A stretch of 63,315 bases of DNA, the filler included, from Octopus bimaculoides (taxonomy: Eukaryota), in the NCBI RefSeq assembly GCF_001194135.2. It is 5 parts of 4 records of this genome, joined end to end, with 100 filler letters (N's around TTAATTAATTAA, not from the genome) between each part and the next. Parts side by side here need not be neighbours in the genome. Positions count along the whole stretch, not along the records: positions 34,536 to 44,332 come from NC_069008.1; positions 44,433 to 61,107 come from NC_068982.1; 3 more parts are not named here. One strand, 5' to 3'. Both the position numbers and the translations under genes were made by a program. Shown piece by piece: positions 35,370-48,525 of the stretch (positions within the stretch are counted from its first letter, which is position 1; each line of letters opens with the position of its first letter). Below the pieces are notes generated by a model. That model was not told the DNA's origin and did no database searches. It saw only the letters and a program-made list of their open reading frames with translations.

Positions 35370-36262
35370 CACAGGCATATGGCGTAGTGGATAACATTTC
35401 ATGTTGAATCAACGATCATTCATTCATTATTGCAATAACAGCATGAGAAAGCAAAATGCTTTCAATTCTGTCAATATACAAGCGGCCCTCAAAAAAATTT
35501 CTGTGATTGAAGTGGCCCCTGCAGTGTAATTTGAGTTGGCCGTATCATGTACATATGATTGTGATGTGCGTGCCTGGTGTACCCTTATCAGATATGTAAT
35601 CATGACAGGTATTTTGGATTTCATATATATATATATATATATATATAGGTAAGCAGAGTTAGCGGTTGTAATAACCATCTAAGGGATAATAGTATCTGTT
35701 CTTACTGTCAGTTTTAATTACCTGTGCTATCCCTGGGCCTGGGTATTCAGGCACAGTATGCTCATAGGGTACACGTAACAACACAATAAACAAAAGTTTA
35801 TCAGGAATCAAATTTAGTTAATCAGAAAATAGAGAAAACTTTTGATAAACAAACAAATAAAATGACCAACATCGGTTGATTATTTTTTAATACGTTTTGT
35901 ATTAAAAAATAATCAAGCAATGTTGGTCAATTTGTTTGATTGTTAATCAAAAGTTTTCTCCATTTTCTGATTATTTATATANNNNNNNNNNNNNNNNNNN
36001 NNNNNNNNNNNNNNNNNNNNNNNNNNNNNNNNNNNNNNNNNNNNNNNNNNNNNTATATATATACACATATATATAATCAAAATAAGCAACAGCATCACTA
36101 CTTGATAGCCTGTTGCTTATTTTGATTATATTCACCTTACTTCGAGCTCTACGGATAATACCGGACTGACTTGGTGCTTCAACTTAAGAACCTAATTCAA
36201 CTGAATCTTACTTTATATATATATGTATATATATATATAGATATATATATGTGTGTGTGTGT

Positions 36263-36615
36263 GGCCGATGCCAGTACCACTTGACTGGCACCCGTGCCGG
36301 TGGCATGTAAAATGAACCGAGTGGGGTCAATGCCAGTGCCACCTGACTGGCGCCCCATGCTGGTGGCACGTATAAGGCACCTTTGCGCATGGTCGCTGCC
36401 AGTGCTGCCTGACTGGTCCCATGCCAGCGGCATGCAAAAAGTGCCCACTACACCCTTGGAGTGGTTGGCATTAGGAAGGGCATCCAGCTGTAGAAACTTT
36501 GCCAGATCAGATTGGAGCCTAGTGCAGCCTTCTGGCTTGCCAGCCCTCAGTCAAACTGTCCAACCCATGCCAGCATGGAAAGCAGACGTTAAACGACAAT
36601 AATGATGATGATGAT
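36263..36615 (+). mobile_element. Family C repeat
   Basis: Three tandem units, conserved module, (ATG)n tail. Confidence 0.85.
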
Positions 36616-37383
36616 ANNNNNNNNNNNNNNNNNNNNNNNNNNNNNNNNNNNNNNNNNNNNNNNNNNNNNNNNNNNNNNNNNNNNNNNNNNNNNNNNNNNN
36701 NNNNNNNNNNNNNNNNNNNNNNNNNNNNNNNNNNNNNNNNNNNNNNNNNNNNNNNNNNNNNNNNNNNNNNNNNNNNNNNNNNNNNNNNNNNNNNNNNNNN
36801 NNNNNNNNNNNNNNNNNNNNNNNNNNNNNNNNNNNNNNNNNNNNNNNNNNNNNNNNNNNNNNNNNNNNNNNNNNNNNNNNNNNNNNNNNNNNNNNNNNNN
36901 NNNNNNNNNNNNNNNNNNNNNNNNNNNNNNNNNNNNNNNNNNNNNNNNNNNNNNNNNNNNNNNNNNNNNNNNNNNNNNNNNNNNNNNNNNNNNNNNNNNN
37001 NNNNNNNNNNNNNNNNNNNNNNNNNNNNNNNNNNNNNNNNNNNNNNNNNNNNNNNNNNNNNNNNNNNNNNNNNNNNNNNNNNNNNNNNNNNNNNNNNNNN
37101 NNNNNNNNNNNNNNNNNNNNNNNNNNNNNNNNNNNNNNNNNNNNNNNNNNNNNNNNNNNNNNNNNNNNNNNNNNNNNNNNNNNNNNNNNNNNNNNNNNNN
37201 NNNNNNNNNNNNNNNNNNNNNNNNNNNNNNNNNNNNNNNNNNNNNNNNNNNNNNNNNNNNNNNNNNNNNNNNNNNNNNNNNNNNNNNNNNNNNNNNNNNN
37301 NNNNNNNNNNNNNNNNNNNNNNNNNNNNNNNNNNNNNNNNNNNNNNNNNNNNNNNNNNNNNNNNNNNNNNNNNNNNNNNNNNG

Positions 37384-37808
37384 TTGGTAGTGTAGTAGTA
37401 ATAGTAATAGTAGTAGTGGTAGTGGTGGTGGTGGTGGTGGTGGTGGTGGTGGTGGTGGTTGTAGTGGTATTAATAGTAGTAGTAGCTGTTGTTGTTGCTG
37501 TTGTAGTTACAGTGTGATTGTAGAAACGGTGTGTTTGTGGCAGAGACGGCGGCGATGTTGGCGATCACCATCAACATCATCGTTATGATAACTATCATAG
37601 GACGAAGGTGATGACAATGTAGACGATGACAGTGAGGATGCTGGATGATGACAACAGCGATGACGATGCCGATGACGGTCATGACGACGACGACAATAAT
37701 GATGATGACGATGATGATGATGATGATGATGATGACGACGACGATAATGATGTTGATGATGATGGAGATGATGATGATGATGATGATGAAGATGATGATG
37801 ATGATGGA

Positions 37809-37840
<32 letters not shown>

Positions 37841-37850
37841 CGACGACGAC

Positions 37851-37897
<47 letters not shown>

Positions 37898-38720
37898 CGA
37901 CGATGATAATCTCAGTACAGAGAAAAAAAAGTTGTGATGTCAATGACGATAATGATATTGATCTTGATTGCTCATTAGTATCATTATTTTAATGGGGAGA
38001 ACATTAATTGTTGCCATTGTTGTTGTTGTTGTTACGAGCGTCGTTGTTAATTTGGTAAATTTTATGGATGGTCAGGACTGGTTTGTCAACAGCGTTATTG
38101 TCATCATAATTGTTGTTGTTGCTATTGTTGTTGATATTGTTCTGACGATATCAATGTTGTTATCATTAATTGTATGTTGTTGTCATCATAATCATTATTT
38201 TGTTATTGTTGCTGCTGCTGCTGCTGTTGTTGTTGCTGTTGTTGTTGTTGTTGTTGTTGTTGCTGTAATAATCATTGCTATTGTTGTTGTTGTTGGCGTT
38301 GGTGTTAATTGGTGAATTTATAGAAGGTTAGAACTGGTTTGTCAACAGTGCTGTCATTGTTGTTGTTGATAATGATGGAGATGACGATGACGACGACGAC
38401 GACGACGACGATGATGATGACAATGATAATGGCTGTGATAATGTTGATGCTTATAATGATGACAATGATGACAACAACAACGATGATATTGATGATGATG
38501 ATGATAATTACGACATTGACAACGACAACAACATTGATAATGTCTATTATTGCTCCTGTTAAAGGTCACCGCTATTCGCTATTCGCATCACCATCATCAC
38601 CACTGCCGCCACCGCCGCCACCACCATCACCACAATGTCCATTAAGCACTGTGACTCACTCCTTAACTACCCTACACACTCCCGTCCAGCTCCCCCTCCA
38701 GTACCACCACCACCACCATC
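37384..38720. repeat. Compound triplet tract (GGT, GAT, GAC, GTT, ACC)
   Basis: Direct inspection; source of the poly-D, poly-M and poly-V ORFs. Confidence 0.9.
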
Positions 38721-38934
38721 CCCACCCGTACTTGAAGGCATCGTCCTGCAAACGATTCTTCTCCATCCACTTTTGGGAAGGGTCTGATAGGGAGGAGAGG
38801 AAGTTGCCCTTCATCTGTCACCTGACTATAATTAAAGAAAAAAAGATGGGGTTATCATCTCTTAGGTTGTTGGTAGTTAAGAACATTATTTTTTCTTCTC
38901 CCCACCACCCACTTTTACTTGTCTAAGGCTCAGA

Positions 38935-39130
38935 CATAGCAGTGTAGTTAGGAAGTTTGCTTTTCAACCACGTGGTCTCGAGTTCAGTCCCACTGTGCGG
39001 ACACTTTGGGTAAATTGCTTTCTACTGTAGCCTCAGGCTGACCAATGCCTTGGGAGTGAATTTGGTGTATGGAATTATGTGGCAGATAACAATAAATATA
39101 TACATATACACATGCACACACACACACACT
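38935..39130 (+). mobile_element. SINE family A, diverged 5' half
   Basis: GAGTTCAGTCCCACTGTGCGGACACTTTGGGTAAATTG. Confidence 0.65.
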
Positions 39131-39676
39131 CAGACTCAGACACATACACATTCATATACTCACACACAATACATTCACAGACATATAGACACTCATATAC
39201 AAAGTGTGACGTTGTCGAACGTGGAAATACACACACACTGACAGACATATACGCATTCATATACTCACACAACGTACGTGTTGTTGTCGTGGTATAAAGT
39301 GTCCTGTACTATCAGGTCATCCCATAAGTTCTGTCCAATTTTTACCTTTTTTTAAAATTGAATGAAATTTAATAGTATTTTAGAATGTCTAATGGAATTA
39401 AAAATTAGTTTTATGCATTTGTATACATTTAAACTAATAAAATATTATTTTACAGAATAATAGAATTAAAATTTCATGCTGTAGTTGTCTTTTTATTGTA
39501 TAAGCACCAACACTTTTTGATCAGACCTCGTAGATATTCTTTTGTTCTTTGACTTGTTGCAGTCATTTGAATGTGGCCATGCAGGAGCACTGCTCTTAGT
39601 CAAACAAATCGACACCAGGACTTATTCTTTATAAGCTTAGTACTTATTCTATCAGTTTGCTAAGGCGGAGGTAATG

Positions 39677-39761
<85 letters not shown>

Positions 39762-39765
<4 letters not shown>

Positions 39766-40069
39766 ACCTGAGAATTGAGATCGCTAAGATGTGGCAGCTA
39801 CGAGAGTCAAACATGAAGGTTAATCCTATTGTCATCGGAGAGTTGGGTTCAATACCACCCAATCTGAAAAAACATCTGAAAGCCTTAGAAATACCCTATA
39901 ATCTAGGTGTATTGCAAAAGATGGCATTACTTGGAACTGCACGTTTATTGTGCATCTGAGGGCCTTGTTGTGACTAGACAGACAGTACAAACTCCCGGTA
40001 GATGCAATATCTTCAATCAACAACCTCATGATATTGTATACTGTGCGACGTCTTTAATAATAATAATAA
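39762..40069 (+). mobile_element. R4/Dong-like LINE 3' end with (AAT)n on both sides
   Basis: DLRIEIAKMWQLRESNMKVNPIVIGELGSIPPNLKKHLKALEIPYNLGVLQKMALLGTARLLCI*. Confidence 0.85.
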
Positions 40070-40286
40070 CTTTTTCTACTCTAGGCACAAGGATCGAAAT
40101 TTTTGGAGAGTGGGGGTCAGTCGATTAGATCGACCCCAGTATGCAACTGGTACTTAATTTATCGACCCCGAAAGGATGAAAGGCAAAGTCAACCTCGGCG
40201 GAATTTGAACTCAGAACGTAAAGACAGACGAAATACCGCTAAGCATTTCAGCCGGCGTGCTAACAGTTCTGCCAGCTTGCGACCTT
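40062..40286 (-). mobile_element. SINE family B (tail type 2, ending in (ATT)n)
   Basis: Family B head and centre; tail CCTTGTGCCTAGAGTAGAAAAAG-(TTA)n. Confidence 0.85.
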
Positions 40287-40291
40287 AAAAA

Positions 40292-40503
40292 TAGCCCTTT
40301 CTACAAAAGCACAAGGCCTGAAATATTTTGGGGTAGGGGACCAGTCAATTACAGCGACCCCATTGTGTAACTGGCACTTAATTTATTGACCCCGAAAGGA
40401 TGAAAGGCAAAATCAACCACAGCGGAATTTGAACTCAGAATGGGAAGACATACGAAATACCACCAAGTATTTCGCCGGCGTGCTAACGTCTCTGCCTCCT
40501 CAC
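40292..40503 (-). mobile_element. SINE family B (tail type 2), tandem neighbour
   Basis: As above, more diverged. Confidence 0.8.
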
Positions 40504-40529
40504 TAATAATGAAAGAAAAAATTGAAATA

Positions 40530-41043
40530 ACGAGGCAAGTGAAATCGAAATCAAATTTGATGACAGCACCGCATGACTGGCATCCATGCTAGTGGAGCGC
40601 TAAGAGCACCATCCGAGTGTGATCGTTGCCAGGGCTGCTGACTGGACCCCGTGCAGGTAGCACATAAAAAGCACCATTCAAGCGTGATCATTACCAGCGT
40701 TGCCTTACTGGCATTTGTGCCAGTTGTAAGTGGAAAACAACATTCGAGCGAAGGCATTGCCAGTGCTGCTGGACTGGCCTTCATGCCGGTGGCACGTAAA
40801 AGCACCATTTGAGCGTGGCCATTGCCAGTACCGCCTGACTGGCCTTCATGCCGGTGGCACGTAAAAGCACCCACTACACTCTTGGAGTGGTTGGCATTAG
40901 GAAAGGCATCCAGCTGTAGAAACTCTGCCAAATCAGATTGGAGCCTGGTGCAGCCATCTTGCTCACTAGTCGCCAGTCAAACCGTCCAACCCATGCTAGC
41001 ATGGAAAGCGGACGTTAAACGATGATGATGATGATGATGATGA
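40530..41043 (+). mobile_element. Family C repeat
   Basis: About five tandem units, conserved module, (ATG)n tail. Confidence 0.9.
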
Positions 41044-41169
41044 ATATAGAAGTGAAAATAGAAAAATTTTTGAGATGAAAATTTGGTGTGAAACACTTCA
41101 TCTCGTGTTGTATATCTAGACATATTGATTCTTGTGAAAATCTCGACTGATTACGAAATGGAAAGGCTT

Positions 41170-41935
41170 AAGGTGAACTGGTACACACAACCTACACAGA
41201 ACCTCGACCACTTCTGCTGCTGTCAATACAACAAACAAACAAACAAACACTACCACTGCTAACACCACCACCACCACCACCACTAATACCACCACTGCTG
41301 CCACATTGCTACCACTACCACCACTACTACCACCACCTCCATCATGACCACACTACCACCACAACAACCACCACCATCACTATCCTCATCACTACCACTA
41401 CCACTACCACTACCATTACCACTACTACCTCCACCACCACCACTAGCCATCGCAGACTACAACTTTATTTCAACAACCCCACTGCTATCACCATCATTAC
41501 CATCACCACCACCACAGCCACTGCCACCACTACCACCACCACCACCACAGCCATCGCCGCCACCACCATCATCACTGCCATTACTAACACCAAAGCCGTC
41601 GTTATCAGCAGGATCATAACCTCCACCAAAAACTATTACCAACACACTACCAAAACCACCAGTCTACCGCAACTACCACCATGACATTAACTGTTGCCCC
41701 TCTACTCCTAACATGACCACCACTACCACCAGCAGCAACACCACCTCCACCACCACCAACACCACCAGCAACATGACAGTAACTGTTCCCCCTTTACTCC
41801 TAACATTACCACCACCTCCACCACCACCAACACCACCTCCACCACCACCAACACCACCAGCAACATGACAGTAACTGTTCCCCCTTTACTTCTAACATTA
41901 CCACCACCACCACCACCACCATTACCACCAGCGCA
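41170..41935. repeat. Degenerate (ACC)n tract with a 92-bp higher-order repeat (three copies)
   Basis: CATGACA(T/G)TAACTGTT(G/C)CCCCT starts at 41680, 41772 and 41864. Confidence 0.85.
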
Positions 41936-41944
41936 GTCACCCTA

Positions 41945-42082
41945 ACCGGTACTTATTTAATCGACCCCGAAAGGATGAAAGGCAAAGTTGACCTCAATGG
42001 AATTTGAACTCCGAATACAACGGCAGATGAAATACCACAAAGCATTTCACCCAGCCTGCTAACAGTTCTGCCAGCCTGCTGC
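41945..42082 (-). mobile_element. SINE family B 5' half
   Basis: Reverse complement GCAGGCTGGCAGAACTGTTAGC...GCCTTTCATCCTTTCGGGGTCG. Confidence 0.8.
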
Positions 42083-42125
42083 CCCAAACACACAAATACA
42101 TATTAACATGTGGTTAATCCACATA

Positions 42126-43032
42126 TGAGGTGGTATCAAAACGTTCATGGATTAGTTCTGTAGTGTGCCAACAGATGGCAGCACACAGTTGCATGCACAG
42201 TGAGAGCTAGCAGGGACCTTCATGAGACAGTGTGCTGAGCGACATTGCTGTGTTTAGTTTGCAAGTTGTGAAATTTGTGATTCTGTGATCACGTGTATGT
42301 TGTAGTCTGCGATTTTTGCTATGGACAGAAAGTTGGAACAAGGAGCCAATGTGGAATGTTGCATTAAACTAGGGAAGTCTGCTCTAGAGTCATTGAGCAC
42401 ACTTTGACAAGATTACAATGATGAAGCAATGAGTTGTATGCAATGATTTGAGTGGCACTGGTGCTTCAAAAGTGGAAGGACATCCCTGGAAGATGAGGAA
42501 TGATCTGGAAGATGAGGAATGATCTGGAAGACCTGCCATAAATGTCACCCTTAGAAATGTGGATAAGATTCATCAATTTCAACATGAGGATTGTCGGAGG
42601 ACAATAAACAATGTTTTGAAGCATTTGAGGGAAGGCGTATGGCGAAAGCAACCGGATCTGTGGGGTGCAAAGAACTGGATTCTTTACCGAGCTTTCTTCT
42701 TAACATTTCTCACCAAAAACAACATGGTATTGCTTCCACACCCACCCTATTCAACAAATTTACCACTTGCAGACTTCCACCTCTTCCACAAGATGATAAT
42801 GCAGCTCAAAGGTCACTGTTTTAAGACTGTTGTCGCGACCCAGGGTGAACTGCAGAAAGTCTTCGAAGTGCTTTTGCCAATTAACTTCCAGACTACATTC
42901 CAAAAGTAACAGGAATGTTTGGACTGGTCCATCACTGCACAAAGTGACTATTCTGAAGGAGAAGATGTTAAAACTTAGGTAAATAAGTTATTTTTAATTA
43001 AACAACTAATCCTGGAACTTTTTGATACCTCA
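42126..43032 (+). mobile_element. mariner (DD34D-type) transposon, internally deleted and decayed
   Basis: TA flanks at 42124-25 and 43033-34; imperfect TIRs TGAGG(TG)GTATCAAAACGTTC / GAACTTTTTGATACCTCA; HTH region MDRKLEQGANVECCIKLGKSA...FKSGRTSLEDE; C-terminal LPHPPYSTNLPLADFHLF (YSPDL motif). Confidence 0.9.
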
Positions 43033-43751
43033 TAACTCTGTTAGAAGCACAAAGATAGTTTCCTGGTTCCTTTGNNNNNNNNNNNNNNNNNNNNNNNNNN
43101 NNNNNNNNNNNNNNNNNNNNNNNNNNNNNNNNNNNNNNNNNNNNNNNNNNNNNNNNNNNNNNNNNNNNNNNNNNNNNNNNNNNNNNNNNNNNNNNNNNNN
43201 NNNNNNNNNNNNNNNNNNNNNNNNNNNNNNNNNNNNNNNNNNNNNNNNNNNNNNNNNNNNNNNNNNNNNNNNNNNNNNNNNNNNNNNNNNNNNNNNNNNN
43301 NNNNNNNNNNNNNNNNNNNNNNNNNNNNNNNNNNNNNNNNNNNNNNNNNNNNNNNNNNNNNNNNNNNNNNNNNNNNNNNNNNNNNNNNNNNNNNNNNNNN
43401 NNNNNNNNNNNNNNNNNNNNNNNNNNNNNNNNNNNNNNNNNNNNNNNNNNNNNNNNNNNNNNNNNNNNNNNNNNNNNNNNNNNNNNNNNNNNNNNNNNNN
43501 NNNNNNNNNNNNNNNNNNNNNNNNNNNNNNNNNNNNNNNNNNNNNNNNNNNNNNNNNNNNNNNNNNNNNNNNNNNNNNNNNNNNNNNNNNNNNNNNNNNN
43601 NNNNNNNNNNNNNNNNNNNNNNNNNNNNNNNNNNNNNNNNNNNNNNNNNNNNNNNNNNNNNNNNNNNNNNNNNNNNNNNNNNNNNNNNNNNNNNNNNNNN
43701 NNNNNNNNNNNNNNNNNNNNNNNNNNNNNNNNNNNNNNNNNNGTGATGATG

Positions 43752-43852
43752 GGGGGGGGGGGACAAACACAGACACAAAAACACACACACATAGATATAT
43801 ATACACGTTGGGCTTCTTTCAGTTTCTCTCTACCAAATCCACTCACAAGGCT
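43752..43852 (-). mobile_element. SINE family A middle fragment
   Basis: GGGCTTCTTTCAGTTTCTCTCTACCAAATCCACTCACAAGGC. Confidence 0.8.
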
Positions 43853-44067
43853 TTATTTGATTTTTATATAATAAATCTTTTATTGTTCAACATGAAACCT
43901 ATTTAATTTTGTTTGCCTCAGACATGTAGTTACTCAGATATCCATATTTCAAATTATGTCAGTCTTTTGGGGACACACTGTATATTCCTCCCTGGACAGG
44001 ACCCCAGTCTCCTGCAGGATTACTCACTTTAGCCAGCTGAGTGGAATGCACCGATGTGAAATGAAGT

Positions 44068-44332
44068 TTTTTTACTCTTTTACACTTTTACTCATTTCAG
44101 TCATTTGACTGTGGCCATGCTGGAGCACCGCATTTAGTCGAGCGAATCACCCCAGGACTTATTCTTTGTAAGCCTAGTACTTATTCTATTGGTCTCTTTT
44201 GTTGAACCGCTAAGTTACGGGGACGTAAACCCAGAAGCATCGGTTGTCAAGCGATGTTGCAAGGGACAAACATAGACACACAAACATATATACACACACA
44301 CACATATATATATATAAATGTATATATATATA
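44068..44332 (-). mobile_element. SINE family A 3' half
   Basis: Matches 33383-33600. Confidence 0.85.
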
Positions 44333-44432
44333 NNNNNNNNNNNNNNNNNNNNNNNNNNNNNNNNNNNNNNNNNNNNTTAATTAATTAANNNNNNNNNNNN
44401 NNNNNNNNNNNNNNNNNNNNNNNNNNNNNNNN
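44333..44432. other. Artificial scaffold join N44-TTAATTAATTAA-N44
   Basis: Linker at 44377-44388. Confidence 0.95.
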
Positions 44433-44500
<68 letters not shown>

Positions 44501-45008
44501 ATACACACTCATTTATCAACATACATTCTTCCCTAAATGCAAGGCCTTTATACTTATGTTGCAGCGGAACAATATTGAGAGTGAAAGAAAAAAACTCGAA
44601 AAACGAAGCATATATGCAGACTTTGTAAAAAAAAAATGTTACTAATTGAGGAATAAAGTTTTTTCTTCTTTTTCATAAGAAAGTACAAGTTATTTTCGTT
44701 TTTGACTTAATACTTATTGGAAGCATAGCAAATATTAGTCAATAATCAGTATTGGTATTTTTTTTACTAATTACTGACATAGAGTTTATATTTTTGTTTT
44801 TGTAATAAATATGTATTCTTTCATCAACACAGTTTTCTAATTAGAAACGGGCAGCTTCGAGACAAATTGTAGCTGTTATTATTTATCGTTTTAGACTTAA
44901 TGAAAAAAGGAAATTTAAAATGCTTAATTAGCAAGCCTTTGTATTTTACATGTTATAGCAGAGTCACACTTCCAGATTTGTGTCTCGAACAGAACGTGAA
45001 TCACTATA

Positions 45009-45243
45009 CAGGGTGTTCAATAAGTCTCTCCGCAGTGAATTTTTCTCATCCTGCGCATCAACATGGCGCTACTTCAAGAGTTTTTCAGTGAACGCATTAT
45101 TTCGAAGGGGCTTTGGCCATCAAGATCACCTAATGTAACACCGTCAGACCATTTTCTCTGGGGGTGCAAGTAAAGAACCAGTGTAGAAGAATCGCCCGAA
45201 AACCATTAAATACTTACTGCGGAGGTACTTTGTGAACACCCTG
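45009..45243 (+). mobile_element. Tc1/mariner-superfamily deletion derivative (235-bp MITE)
   Basis: TA TSDs; TIRs of about 30 bp, CAGGGTGTTCAATAAGTCTCTCCGCAGT / ACTGCGGAGGTACTTTGTGAACACCCTG; internal HQHGATS and ERIISKGLWPSRSPNVTPSDHFLWG (WPxRSPDLxPxDFFLWG motif). Confidence 0.85.
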
Positions 45244-46175
45244 TAGTTCCCTTTGTTCGTATTGCGTATATGTAAATAGCAACATACCTTCCTTGTTATC
45301 TATTCACATACTTCTATTCTTATTTTCCATGCCACATTATATTTTGAATACTTTTGTATCAGCCAATCAACAATATTTTGTTGTTTTCGCACATCCAGTT
45401 CATGTGTTAAAGAAATATCTATAGAACGGAAATTACAGAATGAAAAAAGTGATTTATATAGAAAAAAATATATATTTCACTCCGTTATATACTAGCCATA
45501 TTATCGAATTAACTTGTATATTGAAAATATATTTGTGGAGAATTGCTATTGATTCTTTGTATAATCAAATATATATAATTGTAAACGTACCTCTATTTCA
45601 CAGAATATGAGAACAATTTTCTTCGCAGTTTTCTTAAATAAATGGTACGTTCGATAGCATGCAATGAATTTTTGTTATATTCAGACACAGCATTTTGGAA
45701 AATTTGATTAAAAAAAAAGAAAAAAAAGAAGCAATTTAAAATTAACTCTTCCGTTTCTTTTTTAGCCTCTCATCAGTCCAAAATATATGTTGGAAACGCA
45801 TTCCGTTCAAAGACCTATTCCAGATGTGATTCGAGTAAATTAATTTATTGTTAATTGGTTATATATGTAATTACATCAAATATTACCAGCATCAATATTG
45901 AATTTCATTTCTGTGAAATCGAGAAATGCTTAAAATAATTGATTAATGAAAATAAGATTGAATAAAAAATACATACATAAAATACACACATACAAACACG
46001 CATACACACTCACATATAAATCAGTTGTTTTGCTTTATAAGTTTTTCAAAGTTATTAAAATGTCACAAGGTAAGTTTCAACAGTTCTTGACGCATTAAAT
46101 AAATCTATAAAAGTCTTCTTTCGATCTGTCATTCCTATAACCAAGCATCTAGTCGCAACCAACACTTTATAAACT

Positions 46176-47361
46176 ACTAGCAGATATACCCGGTGTTGCC
46201 TGGGTTAAAGACAATAATTAAATTTAAAAACACCGTCTAGATTACGCAGGTCTTAACTGCTAGTAGCTGAGATACCAACTTTCTACATTAATAACTCTCT
46301 AACCCATGCTAGCATGGAACATAGACGTTAAGTGAAATGTTAAAATCAAGTTTTCAACTCATATATGTATATAAGTAAATACACGTAATTCAAAAACACG
46401 TTTTGTGTAGCTTATTTCGTAACCAAAAAAACAGGTACAAATTATAAACAATGAAAGGCCGATTTTGGTGATTCATTTGACAGAGGTGGTAGAGAGTCAA
46501 TTCGATGATAAATCTGACCTTGGATCTTGACAGTTTGCATGAATCCTGGCTCAGTTAANNNNNNNNNNNNNNNNNNNNNNNNNNNNNNNNNNNNNNNNNN
46601 NNNNNNNNNNNNNNNNNNNNNNNNNNNNNNNNNNNNNNNNNNNNNNNNNNNNNNNNNNNNNNNNNNNNNNNNNNNNNNNNNNNNNNNNNNNNNNNNNNNN
46701 NNNNNNNNNNNNNNNNNNNNNNNNNNNNNNNNNNNNNNNNNNNNNNNNNNNNNNNNNNNNNNNNNNNNNNNNNNNNNNNNNNNNNNNNNNNNNNNNNNNN
46801 NNNNNNNNNNNNNNNNNTGCTGACCTTGAAATTGTAGACAAATTTGACACTTTCCTTCTAGGCACGGTTATATGCGTATACAGAAATACACGCGTTCAGA
46901 AGATTGTAAATAATGAAGATAACAGGGTAACGGAAATCATATTTCTTAATACGACGGGCAGAAAGTAAATAAGACATTTTTACAGAAAATGAAAAATTGT
47001 ACTGATTGAAGCAAAATTTTTCAGTGAACCAAAGAGCCAGTATCGAAGGAATCAGAAAAAAAAACCGTTAACAACAGAAAAAGACAAAACCGTTGCAAAA
47101 GTAAACAAGAAATTTGTTCGGATTTAAGTGAAATTTTTGAAATTACTTCTATCAGTAAATTATGAACTTACTTTTACTCGTGTAGTTTTATAGATTTTAT
47201 TCGTTATTAGCAATTTCTTTGAGTGAAAAAATGACGCAGTGACCTAACAAATTGTATTTAGAATATTAATTGCGATTCTTTAATCCAATAAATTTGGAAT
47301 TGTGTAAATGTATGAAGTTCAAACATACACACACAGAAAATTTGCCTTTTATAGTATAGAT
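46176..47361 (+). mobile_element. Possible non-autonomous Helitron-like (Lep1/DINE-type) element spanning gap 46559-46817
   Basis: 5' ACTAGCAGATATACCCGGTGTTGCCTGGG subterminal hairpin; 3' CAAACATACACACACAG...TTATAGTATAGAT. That the two ends belong together is inferred. Confidence 0.4.
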
Positions 47362-48458
47362 GTAACTACTACTCCAATATGAAATAAGACTTTGTTATTT
47401 AGCAACTTGAACCGAGATAAATTATGATAAGATTTACGCGTGGAATCGCTGAACAAAATTCTTATGAATATGCTTCCGTATTGTCTTGAGCAGAAGATGA
47501 ATTGACTTAATATTCTAGATTATATATTTCGTTGAAATGATCTCTCGCTAAGAAGGGCATTTCCAATAAAGAGCTAAACACTTCATATCGGAAACCCTGA
47601 CGCATTTTCATGTATAGTATATATATATATATGTATGTATACGTGCGCACACACATACACACGCATACACACATACACACGCATACACACACACACTCGC
47701 ATACACACACGCACACACACACACACACACATACTCGTACAATCACACTGATTTATATATACTATTCAATTTTGGTTCTACGACTTGATAGCGTTTGAAT
47801 TTACCATTCTTGGGGATTTCCATTTAATTTCTAATATATATGCATATATGCAGAGGGAAATCTGTTCCAGGCAGATGTATAATCACTGTCAATTGGATGG
47901 GATTATATTTAATTTGAAAGCGATTTATTATCTTTGTTTTGTTCTGTTTATCATCGTCAAATATTATATGACCCTACATCTTATAGTGAACGCATTAACA
48001 TGCATCAGTTGACGTTTTCAATACGCACACCTTACGCACGCACACACAAACACGCAGACACACACACACAGAGACGCACATACATATGTATGGGTCCTAA
48101 ATCTAACAGTAAGGATTATATGAAGCACAATTTTCACAATAGCGGAACAGAGACTAATGTATAAATTTTGGAATATGAAAATACAGGACAAACTGAAAGA
48201 CAATGGGAAGTGACGATATATTTCATTCAAAGAAAATCGATACACATACCATTTATTTCATATGTAGATGGATAGGTCAGGATATTTCTTATAATTGTAT
48301 TAACACAATGATCAAATCTTGAGTATTGTATGTGTGTATTGCTTTCGTTTACACTGAATAACGTTTGAGATATTAAATACGAGATATTTCAATGTCTCTA
48401 TACATTTCTTGCATATTTCAAAAATATACTTTTCAGTCGATGTTATACAAGCACACAC

Positions 48459-48525
<67 letters not shown>

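Noticed and set aside
37470-38926. Poly-Asp, poly-Met and poly-Ile ORFs resembling acidic biomineralisation proteins
   Set aside because: Pure (GAT)n microsatellite open in several frames; no signal peptide or splice context.
39305-39532. Single mariner-type MITE
   Set aside because: The left (TCAGGTCATCCCATAAG) and right (TTTTTGATCAGACCTCG-TA) ends each look like mariner TIRs but are not complementary to each other.
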